Shown: piece by piece, positions 22,992 to 33,078 of the stretch
How positions within the stretch are numbered: position 1 is the first letter of the stretch
Layout of the letters: every line of letters starts with the position of its first letter
Source: Flectonema sp. DT1601
Lineage: Eukaryota
Length of the DNA: 64,000 nt
Direction of reading: 5' to 3'
Assembly (NCBI GenBank): GCA_964019425.1
Contig: OZ025789.1
Location: 1,364,001-1,428,000, forward strand
Translations under genes and position numbers: made by a program
The notes under the pieces: model-generated
Database searches by the model: none
Told to the model about the DNA's origin: nothing
The model's input: only the letters and a program-made list of their open reading frames with translations

Positions 22992-24958
22992 ATGATGAGA
23001 AGATTTGGAACTAAAGTCGTGCGCAGCACGCAGAAGGCATACTTGAGCTCAGCTGTTGGTATTGATTTGGGAACTACCAACTCATGTATCGCCATCATGG
23101 GAGAGGATAACACCGTCAAGGTGTGTGAAAACAGTGAGGGAGCAAGAACCACCCCGAGCGTTGTCGCAGTTGCTAAGGACGGAAACTTGTTGGTAGGAGG
23201 ACCTGCCAGAAGACAGGCAGTAACCAACCCTGCGAACACTTTCTACGCTGTAAAGCGTTTGATCGGAAAGAGAGACGGTGACGAGACCATTGAAAAGGCA
23301 AAGCTGAGCGTCCCTTACAAGATTGTCCCTGCGGACAATGGTGATGCTTGGGTGGCAGACACCAACGGTAAAAAATACTCCCCGTCATTTGTTGCTTCCC
23401 ACGTCCTTCGTAAGATGAAGGAGACAGCTACACTATCACTTGGAAGAGAGATCAACCAGGCCGTCATTACTGTTCCTGCGTACTTCAACGATCAGCAGAG
23501 AACCGCAACCCAGGCAGCAGGTAAGATTGCCGGATTAGAAGTTCTGAGAATCATCAACGAGCCAACTGCCGCTGCCTTGTCCTACGGAATGGACAAGGAG
23601 GGTGAGAACACGATCGCTGTTTTTGATTTGGGTGGTGGTACTTTTGACATATCAATTCTTGAAATGAAGGGAGGAGTCTTGGAAGTAAAGTCCACAAACG
23701 GAGACACCTTCTTGGGAGGTGAGGACGTTGATGAAACCCTCTTGCAGCGTTTCATCACTCACTTCAAGGAAGTTGAGGGACACGATTTGGCAGGAAATGT
23801 TGTTGCGATTCAACGTCTTCGTGAAGGAGCTGAAAAGGCTAAAAAGGAACTTGACCACACCAAGTCTACTACTATTGAGCTTCCTTACATCTGTGTTGTT
23901 AATGGTGAGCCAAAGCATTTTTCATACGAACTTACAAAGGATGAGTTTGAATCACTTATTGATATTCTTATTAACAAGTGTGTTGCTCCATGTCGTACTT
24001 GTCTAAAGGATGCTGAGTTAAAGACTTCTGATATTACTCAAGTTATTATGGTTGGTGGTATGACTCGTACCCCAAAGGTAATTGACACCGTCAGAAGAAT
24101 GTTTAAGAAGGAACCTCACAGAGGAGTAAACCCGGATGAAGTTGTTGCCATGGGAGCAGCAATCCAAGGATCTATCTTAACTGGACAGACTAAGGGAATG
24201 ATTCTTGTTGATGTTACCCCTCTGTCACTTGGAACTGAGATCGTAGGAGGAATCTTCTCTCGTATTATTAAAAAGAACACAACTATTCCATGTAGAGAGT
24301 CTGGAATCTACACCACCAACCAGGACAACACTGATTCAATTAACATTAAAGTTCTTCAGGGTGAGCGTGTCTTGGCATCTGGTAACAAACTCCTTGGAGA
24401 GTTCATCCTTGATGGTTTACCACCACTTCCAAGAGGTGTACCAAAGATTGAAATCACCTTCGAGATTGACGCTAACGGTATGTCTTCTTTTAAACTGCAT
24501 TACTGAAGACATGCGATGCGTTTATCTCCTTTTTTTTCCTTTTTCAACAACCAAATAAATAACAAACAGGTATCATTCACGTAACCGCTCTTGACAAGGG
24601 AACTGGTAAGAACAGAAACATTAAGGTTCAGAGCAGAGGTGGATTGAGTGATGAAGAAGTTGAAGCTATGATTAGAGAAGCAGAGACTATGAAGTCGAAA
24701 GACGAAGAACGCGCTCAAGTAATTGAAGAGAGAAACTCTGCAGAGCAATTAATTAGAAGCACAAGAAAGTACCTCGACGATAGCAACGCTTCATCGGAAT
24801 TGAAAGACAAGGTAAACCAGGCAATTAGAGACTTAGAGCTTGCAATGGAAGATAACGACATGTCACTCGAAAATCTAAAGGAGAAGTCAAAGGCAGTCAC
24901 TGAGGCTTCAGGAAAGATCTACGCGTCTTCCACTGGTGGATCCGAGGAGTCAAAGTAA
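22992..24958 (+). CDS. HSP70: Mitochondrial-type Hsp70 (DnaK-like), 2 exons (22992-24477, 24570-24958; 624 aa)
   Basis: Arg/Ser-rich presequence. Motifs [38 protein letters not shown] and [13 protein letters not shown]. The 92-nt intron 24478-24569 (GTATGT...AAACAG) restores [18 protein letters not shown]. Confidence 0.95.
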
Positions 24959-26013
24959 GGTTAAAATCTAACTTCGTTTTATGAAATACTGATCTTATAT
25001 CCTGTGAGGGCAACTTGTGTGGATATGCTTTCGGACTTAATAATTTTTTATATTTTTTTTTTTTTTAAAAAAGTTTTTCTGTTGACAGATTACTTTCACA
25101 AGAAAGAATAAATAAAAATAATAAAATAAAATAAAAGATGAGAAGTCCATCATAACGAACCATTTTTGAAGAATTTCATTTGAACAACAAAAGAAAATGA
25201 AAAAAACGAAAAAACAAAATCCTCACAATAGCTTAAACATATAATCGAGAATGAAAAAAAGAAAAAAATACAATTTTTAAGAAGAAAAAAAAAAAAGAAA
25301 ACGGGGGGGTGTACGACGCGATTTTCCTGCTAAATTAATTCTACAGCTACTGCTTAACTTATTTTCTCCTTCCTCCCCCAACTTTTACCCCTTCTATTTT
25401 ATGAACTGTTGCTATCTGTACGCGCATTGCAACGAATGGTCTCCTGTTGTTGTCGTCATTGTTGTTTGTTCAAAATAAAAAAGTCTTTATGGGCTTACCA
25501 TGTTTCCTTTTTATTTTTTTTTTTTTGATGGTCTGCTCGATGTCATCCATCCCCATCGGAACAATTTTTTGATTGGGAATTTACAACTTCTAAATTCTAA
25601 CTACGTTGGGATTCAGGAATGATAACTTGCTTTGTTTAGTTATTTTAATGAGCGGGTAACTACCAAAGCTTACCTTCTTTTGTATACAATATAACCCTTT
25701 GATTAGTTAGTTTAATCGGTGATCCTTTTTTAAAAAATAAACGAGGGTAAAAATTTTTTTTTCATAAAAATCATGTTGTGTCTCGTTCTGGTACATCATT
25801 ATGAGTTTTCTTTTCTTTGAGGGAAATTATAATAAAAAGAAAAAAAAAAAAAAAAGCAGAAAGTTAAGCAGAGAGTGTTGTACATCTGTGCTTCCCCGCA
25901 CGCTTCCCCTCCTCGATTTATCATTTAACAGTATTTGCATTGTTCATCTTCTTCTATTGTATTAGTGATAAATAATAACTGAAGTTATTCAATACAGTTT
26001 ATACACTTACTAC

Positions 26014-29000
26014 ATGATGAAATATCTACTGTCATTTGTGTTGTTACTCCTCACACAAGAAGGGATTGGGAGTGAAACTGATAGGATGATTGCATACGTT
26101 GGGAACTGGCAAGCCTGCCCTACCAGCGAACAGACTGCTTCGTACACGGAGTTACTCATCGCTTTTGCGGTGACTTACCAATGGGCTCCTGGGAAAAACA
26201 CCTGCAACACGCAGTGCGTTATCGGAAGCCCGGTTCCGATTTGCAACAACAAACCAAACGCACCACTTGTGTCTCAGTGGCAGTCGGAGGGAAAGAAAGT
26301 CATCCTTTCATTTGGAGGAGCTGGAATGGGAGGATCGTGGAGCTCAAGTGTCGACGACTGTTGGGATTACTGTTATGGTAAGGAAGACTTCGTCGTTGAG
26401 CAGCTGGTGAATATTGTTTCGGTTCAGGGATTCGATGGAGTAGATATTGACTACGAGTACTACTACGAGAATGGTCAAAAGGGTTCGTCTTTCTCTAAAG
26501 GAGCGGAGGCGCAGAAGTTCTTGAGGGAGGTGACACAGAAGCTCCGCGCACAGCTGCCTGCCGGGAAGATTGTATCCCATGCACCAATGGACTCTGACAT
26601 GGTAAAGGGAACTGGTTACTACAATGTGATTAAGAGCGTGGCCGGTGACTTGGATTTCCTGATGCCTCAATACTACAATGGATTGGTTCGACCAGAAACC
26701 GCGTTCACATCAAACGATCAAAAAGCTTTGACTCACTACACAGATCTTGTTGATGATGTGTTCTCAGGGGACGGAACAAAGATGACGTTCGGATTTTGTA
26801 TCAGTGACTGTCCAGGATACAATACTCAATCATCAACAGCTGTCCAGGTTGTACAGAGGATGAAGTCACACTTTCCTTGCAACGGAGGAGTGTTCTTCTG
26901 GGTAGCGAATCACGATACTTCGGGATTATGGTCAAAGGCCGTCGCTGCGGAGCTGGGGAGCAACTGCGGTGGAAATACAACACCGAGACCACCGACAACC
27001 AGCACACCAACTCTTCCAACGTCTCCTCCGGTTACAACGCCGCGACCACCAACAACAAGTCCTCCAGTTCCATCTCCAATTGGGAGTGAAACTGATAGGA
27101 TGATTGCATACGTTGGGAACTGGCAAGCCTGCCCTACCAGCGAACAGACTGCTTCGTACACGGAGCTACTCATCGCTTTTGCGGTGACTTACCAATGGGC
27201 TCCTGGGAAAAACACCTGCAACACGCAGTGCGTTATCGGAAGCCCGGTTCCGATTTGCAACAACAAACCAAACGCACCACTTGTGTCTCAGTGGCAGTCG
27301 GAGGGAAAGAAAGTCATCCTTTCATTTGGAGGAGCTGGAATGGGAGGATCGTGGAGCTCAAGTGTCGACGACTGTTGGGATTACTGCTATGGTAAGGAAG
27401 ACTTCGTCGTTGAGCAGCTGGTGAATATTGTTTCGGTTCAGGGATTCGATGGAGTCGATATTGACTACGAGTACTACTACGAGAATGGTCAAAAGGGTTC
27501 GTCTTTCTCTAAAGGAGCGGAGGCGCAGAAGTTCTTGAGGGAGGTGACACAGAAGCTCCGCGCACAGCTGCCTGCCGGGAAGATTGTATCCCATGCACCA
27601 ATGGACTCTGACATGGTAAAGGGAACTGGTTACTACAATGTGATTAAGAGCGTGGCCGGTGACTTGGATTTCCTGATGCCTCAATACTACAATGGATTGG
27701 TTCGACCAGAAACCGCGTTCACATCGAACGATCAAAAAGCTTTGACTCACTACACAGATCTTGTTGATGATGTATTCTCAGGGGACGGAACAAAGATGAC
27801 GTTCGGATTTTGTATCAGTGACTGTCCAGGATACAATACTCAATCATCAACAGCTGTCCAGGTTGTACAGAGGATGAAGTCACACTTTCCTTGCAACGGA
27901 GGAGTGTTCTTCTGGGTAGCGAATCACGATACTTCGGGATTATGGTCAAAGGCCGTCGCCGCGGAGCTGGGGAGCAACTGCGGTGGAAATACAACACCGA
28001 GACCACCGACAACCAGCACACCAACTCTTCCAACGTCTCCTCCGGTTACAACGCCGCGACCACCAACAACAAGTCCTCCAGTTCCATCTCCAACAGCAGC
28101 AGTGACTCCAAGACCTGCTTCAGGTGTTCAATGCAACATTTGGAATTCATGTAGTGCCACACCCGACTGCTGTCCGACTGGAACATCCTGTTACAATCAG
28201 GACCAGCACTACGCACAGTGCAGGCCTTCGTGTCCTAGTAACTGGGCGTGCAGCAACCAAACCCCAAAACCACCCACCGCGACTCCAATGCCGCCAACAG
28301 CCACCAACGCTCCCGTACCAACACCGGAACCTACTGATGCTCCAGTACCAACACCGGAACCTACTGATGCTCCAGTACCAACACCAGAACCTACTGATGC
28401 TCCAGTACCAACACCGGAACCTACTGATGCTCCAGTACCAACTCCAGAACCTACTGATGCTCCAGTACCAACACCGGAACCTACTGATGCTCCAGTACCA
28501 ACACCGGAACCTACTGATGCTCCAGTACCAACACCGGAACCTACTGATGCTCCAGTACCAACTCCAGAACCTACTGATGCTCCCGTACCAACACCGGAAC
28601 CTACTGATGCTCCAGTACCAACACCGGAACCTACTGATGCTCCAGTACCAACTCCAGAACCTACTGATGCTCCAGTACCAACTCCAGAACCTACTGATGC
28701 TCCAACACCGAAACCCACTGATGCGACTCCAAAGCCAACATCTTCAGCGGGAAAAACAGGTGTGCACCTCTGTTCCGACAGGATTGCTGAATGGGGAGGG
28801 TGCAGTGCTGCCCCGTATTGCTGTGCTGACGGCCTGACATGTTTTGAACAAAGTGAATGGTACGCTCAGTGTGGGAAAACCTGCAGCGGTGGGAGTTGCA
28901 AAGACTTGGGAAAGCTCAAAGACGTGAGCGAGTTGGGTGAATTGGGTCAAGAAGCACCAGTTTGTAATAACTGCCTTTCATGGCAGAACAATGATGTGTA

Positions 29001-29718
29001 CTGCACTGGTAGTGGAGGTTGTAATACAATTCCAAACTCAGGAACTTGTATGGCGGGAGATTCAAAGTGCTTTGGCAGCAGTGATGCGGCAGAGGGTGCC
29101 AGGAAGGTGATTACTTTCGTGTTGAAGAACGGAGTTTCTGCTTTCGATCGATCGGAATTCGAAAGATTAATCCACAGCTGTCTGCGTGACCCTGCAGCAA
29201 AGGTGTTGCTGAAGTACCTCTGTCCGAGCAGTGTTTGTCCGGGTGGTGTTTGTGCTGATCCATTTGGAGGCGCATCGAAGTGTTTCTCGTTGTTTGACAT
29301 CAGCGCAGGTAGGATTAGCATCTTGGAAGGGAACACTGCAGAAGGATCAGTTGTTGGCTTTGAGATCGAAGGGAGTGACGAGGGATTGGTTTCCTCTTAT
29401 AATGAGAAGCAGCTCCCGGGTGTTGTTTCGATGCACGAGGAATGGCAATCTGCTGGTTACGATGGAAGCGAAGACGGTAGCAGCACTGTCAACAGCAGCT
29501 TGTTAACAGCCCTTATTGCTACTGTTGCTGCCGTGGTTGGATGTGTGTTGATGGCTGTAGGAGTTACATTCTACAAAAGAACCCATCAGAATGCCGCTCC
29601 CACCGCCGGATCCGTAGAAATTGCATTTGACGGTGACGACGAAGTACTTGCGACTGAAGCCGATGCTCTTTCGAAAACAACAACTGCGAATGAGCATGAC
29701 TACCAGTTTCAAATATAA
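26014..29718 (+). CDS. Membrane-anchored GH18 chitinase-like protein, copy 1 (2 GH18 domains, 2 CBM1-like modules, 13 stalk repeats, C-terminal TM)
   Basis: Signal peptide; KVILSFGGA and catalytic FDGVDIDYE (DxxDxDxE); CBM1-like C..G..C......YAQC modules; TPEPTDAPVP repeats; hydrophobic LLTALIATVAAVVGCVLMAVGVTFY followed by KR. Confidence 0.93.
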   Translation: MMKYLLSFVLLLLTQEGIGSETDRMIAYVGNWQACPTSEQTASYTELLIAFAVTYQWAPGKNTCNTQCVIGSPVPICNNKPNAPLVSQWQSEGKKVILSFGGAGMGGSWSSSVDDCWDYCYGKEDFVVEQLVNIVSVQGFDGVDIDYEYYYENGQKGSSFSKGAEAQKFLREVTQKLRAQLPAGKIVSHAPMDSDMVKGTGYYNVIKSVAGDLDFLMPQYYNGLVRPETAFTSNDQKALTHYTDLVDDVFSGDGTKMTFGFCISDCPGYNTQSSTAVQVVQRMKSHFPCNGGVFFWVANHDTSGLWSKAVAAELGSNCGGNTTPRPPTTSTPTLPTSPPVTTPRPPTTSPPVPSPIGSETDRMIAYVGNWQACPTSEQTASYTELLIAFAVTYQWAPGKNTCNTQCVIGSPVPICNNKPNAPLVSQWQSEGKKVILSFGGAGMGGSWSSSVDDCWDYCYGKEDFVVEQLVNIVSVQGFDGVDIDYEYYYENGQKGSSFSKGAEAQKFLREVTQKLRAQLPAGKIVSHAPMDSDMVKGTGYYNVIKSVAGDLDFLMPQYYNGLVRPETAFTSNDQKALTHYTDLVDDVFSGDGTKMTFGFCISDCPGYNTQSSTAVQVVQRMKSHFPCNGGVFFWVANHDTSGLWSKAVAAELGSNCGGNTTPRPPTTSTPTLPTSPPVTTPRPPTTSPPVPSPTAAVTPRPASGVQCNIWNSCSATPDCCPTGTSCYNQDQHYAQCRPSCPSNWACSNQTPKPPTATPMPPTATNAPVPTPEPTDAPVPTPEPTDAPVPTPEPTDAPVPTPEPTDAPVPTPEPTDAPVPTPEPTDAPVPTPEPTDAPVPTPEPTDAPVPTPEPTDAPVPTPEPTDAPVPTPEPTDAPVPTPEPTDAPVPTPEPTDAPTPKPTDATPKPTSSAGKTGVHLCSDRIAEWGGCSAAPYCCADGLTCFEQSEWYAQCGKTCSGGSCKDLGKLKDVSELGELGQEAPVCNNCLSWQNNDVYCTGSGGCNTIPNSGTCMAGDSKCFGSSDAAEGARKVITFVLKNGVSAFDRSEFERLIHSCLRDPAAKVLLKYLCPSSVCPGGVCADPFGGASKCFSLFDISAGRISILEGNTAEGSVVGFEIEGSDEGLVSSYNEKQLPGVVSMHEEWQSAGYDGSEDGSSTVNSSLLTALIATVAAVVGCVLMAVGVTFYKRTHQNAAPTAGSVEIAFDGDDEVLATEADALSKTTTANEHDYQFQI
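28312..28704 (+). repeat. 30-bp coding minisatellite (PVPTPEPTDA) x13; x6, 6, 6, 5 and 5 in the other copies
   Basis: Direct count of acc[g/a]gaacctactgatgctcc-type units, consistent with the ORF length differences between copies. Confidence 0.95.
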
Positions 29719-31203
29719 GTTGGAACCAACACTTGACTAAACTCAGACTAAACACAGTGAACAATTATTGTATCTTATCTATCCTCTTATTCCCGATGTG
29801 GTGCTGTAGTGGTCCGTATCCCGCGATCGAACGAATGAAACCATGCATTCGTGTTTTTTTTTGGTTTCTTCGTTCCATTTTTGCTTAGTTCATTCGCGAA
29901 CATAAAGAAACAGTAATCAAAGTATCCTGAAGTTCTTAACATTTGTTTTTTTTCCCCTCAATTTAGTGCTGCCGAGCAACACTTTTGTCTGAACGAGAGT
30001 GATCCATTATGCACAAGTGTTGCTCAAAAGAGTGTTGTTTCAAAGACTTCAAGGAAATAAGGATAAACGAAATAAAGTGGAAAAAATAAAACAATTCCTC
30101 GGTGCAATGTTGCGACGTACATATCCTCAAGGAGTAGATCTTTAGTGGATGTCGTCAAACAGTTATCTGAGTGTTGTTTTCCTCCCATAGCCTTCTTTTT
30201 TTTTTCATAGTCTCGCTCACCGCAGACGCGACATAATATTATATCTTTTTGTCGATTATTACTTTCTTTTCTTTTTGCAACTGCAGTTTTGTTCATTTTG
30301 TGTGAACTCAAGCTTACGGTGACCCCTTCATTGGGTTAGCTGTTTGTTATGTTAATGAAAATTTGTTTTCTTTTTTTGGTTTAGCCTTTAACTTTAAGGT
30401 AAAAGCAACAAAGTTAACTTCTTATCACTTGGAAACAAGTGACCCTCTCTTTAACTACACTTTATAGTCTTTCCTCGCTGACAATCTTTCGGTAAATAAT
30501 CGACAGGCAAGAATGAATCTCGCTGATTCGTGTTTATTCCTGTACAATTTCTCTCTTAATGACTAATTCGCATTTGCTTGCTATTCGAGGCAGCAAAATT
30601 CATGGTCTTTTTTTCTTCATACACAGCAATATTTTTTTTGTGCTCTCTTAACAGTTTTTTTGTGCCTTTAACTAACTAACAAACTAACTACACTCTATAC
30701 TCGTTTCCTTGCTGAAGATTCTTTTCTTTGTAAGCGTCTCGAAACTTTTTATTACGCAAAACACATGAAGTGTAATTTTGTTTTACAGTCCCGCGGTAAC
30801 GGTGACACTACAAATTCCCTTCCTCTGTCCCCCTTTTTGGAATACAACATCGCCCGTTAAAGTAATTTGTTGTTTCAATAAGACTCTCAAGAGTTTGTTG
30901 TTGATTACATATTGCTTTCTGTGTTCCTGTTGAAAGAATCAGAACAGGGTTTCAAATGGAAGTAACTACGCACTCTCTCCTTTATCCATTTCCATTTCAT
31001 CTTCTTATTGCTTTCTGATATGCGACCTGATAAAGGTATTCGATTGTGCTTCAGCTAGCATTCTATCTCTTGCTGTTGTTGTTGGGAACTATTTTATTTT
31101 AATTTCCACGTAGTTTGCTTCCTTATGGAACTTGTTTGAATTGAGTGTGCCAAAAAGCATTGTTGTAATTATTGTTTCCAACCCCACAGCTCACACAGTA
31201 AAT

Positions 31204-32601
31204 ATGTCCACCATCACTAAGCTTCACGCCAGAGAGGTAATCGACTCGAGAGGTAACCCAACTGTCGAGGTATGAATGTAATGTTTTTGTGTAGATTTTA
31301 TGTCGTTTGGAAGAAGAATATGTACCTTTTGGATATGCAGACGAAAGAAACAAAACAAATCAAAACAACAGGTCGAACTGTCCACCGCCAATGGAGTGTT
31401 CAGAAGCATTGTTCCATCTGGAGCGTCGACCGGGAAGAGAGAAGCTTGTGAGAAGAGAGATGGAGACAAGTCGAGATACCTCGGAAAGGGAGTGACAGAA
31501 GCAGTGGCGGCAGTGAAGACGCAACTGTCGCAGGCCCTGATGGGAAAGAACGTAATGGAGCAGAGAGAACTCGATGATCTGATGATCAAGTTGGACGGAA
31601 CCGAGAACAAGTCGAGCTTCGGAGCCAACGCGATCCTCGGAGTGTCGATGGCAATCAGCAAGGCGGCTGCGGCAAACGCCGGAGTTCCAGTGTACCAGTA
31701 CCTCGCGAAGCTGGCCGACAACGAGGCGGGCATGAGACTTCCAGTCCCTTGCTTCAACGTGATCAACGGAGGATCGCACGCCGGAAACGTGCTTCCGTTC
31801 CAGGAGTACATGATTGCCCCAGTGGGAGCGAAGAACTTCAGCGAGGCGATGAGAATGGGATGCGAGACTTACCACAAGTTGAAGGCGCTCTTGAAGAAGA
31901 AGTACGGACAAGACGCCGTGAACGTCGGTGACGAGGGAGGATTCGCTCCACCTATCGGAGGAGGAGGTGGGGAGGAGCCACTCCAGGTTCTGGTAGAGGC
32001 GATCAAGGAGGCCGGATACGAGGGAAAGATCAAGATCTGCATGGACTGCGCGGCGTCGGAGATGTGGAACGAGAGCGCGTCAAAGTACGACCTGACGTTC
32101 AAGGGAGACACGAGAACTCTGGTGTCTGGTCAGGAGATGACTGACATGTACAAGACGTGGGTTGAGAAGTATCCGTTCATCTCGATTGAGGATCCGTTTG
32201 GTGAGGATGACTGGGAGTCATGGCCTCTTCTGACCACGGCGCTGAAGGGGAAGGCGCAGGTTGTCGGAGATGACTTGACTGTGACGAACTTGAAGTGCAT
32301 CAAGCAGGCGATCGAGAAGGGATCTTGCAACTCCCTGTTGCTGAAGATCAACCAGATCGGAACTATCACCGAAGCGATCGACTCTGCGAAGCTCTGTCGT
32401 TCGAACGGATGGACTGTCATGGTGTCGCACAGATCAGGTGAGACCGAAGACACTTACATCGCTGACTTGTCTGTTGGTCTTGGAACTGGTCAGATCAAGA
32501 CTGGAGCTCCATGCAGAGGTGAGCGTACCGCGAAATACAACCAACTTCTTCGTATTGAAGAGATGCTTGGAGACAAGGCTGTGTACGGATGGGTAAACTA
32601 A
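31204..32601 (+). CDS. ENO: Enolase, 2 exons (31204-31269, 31372-32601; 431 aa)
   Basis: Exon 1 [22 protein letters not shown]; 102-nt intron GTATGA...CAACAG. Motifs [56 protein letters not shown] and GQIKTG are all present. Confidence 0.97.
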
Positions 32602-33078
32602 AGTGGTAAAACGCAATATCGTAATGGGTTTGAACTAGTGATTCGTTACTTATTTATTTTAATTTTTTTTCTCTTGGCCGGAATAACAATTAATGCGTGC
32701 CCCTGAATAAAAATAACTTAACAATTCAAAAGAAAACGTTCATCGGAAACGACACACGGTTACTGTGATTGCAGATAATCTCCCCGGTCAAATATGTATC
32801 CGAGAAAGGATGATTTCCTTCTTGATTGCATTTCTTTCGTTCTTCCTTTCTTTATCCCGCTTCCCCGAGAATTATCGAAAAGATTTGGTAACGCTGCAGA
32901 TTCGTGCCTGGTGATATCTTCTGATACTTTTTTTGTGGTAAGATATTCCGTTTTAAACATTTCTTCTCTGCAACAGGTGGGGGATTGAGTTGTGTTAATT
33001 TTAAAGTTTGAAGACCTGCTGAACTTTGTGAAAGTCTTACTAACTGAAGTTATTCAATACAGTTTATACACTTACTAC

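Noticed and set aside
28124..28837. Alternative-frame and antisense ORFs over the stalk repeats (LLMLQYQHRN; GASVGSGVGT) and their equivalents in other copies
   Set aside because: Shadows of a stop-free 30-bp coding repeat.
31300..31371. ORF-track enolase N-terminus [10 protein letters not shown]...
   Set aside because: This is intron sequence; the true N-terminus is exon 1 at 31204.
32992..33078. 29-aa N-terminal extensions of chitinase copies 2, 5 and 6, and other GTG/TTG starts in the ORF track
   Set aside because: Non-ATG starts in a eukaryote. The extension is broken by TGA in copies 3 and 4 and would bury the signal peptide.
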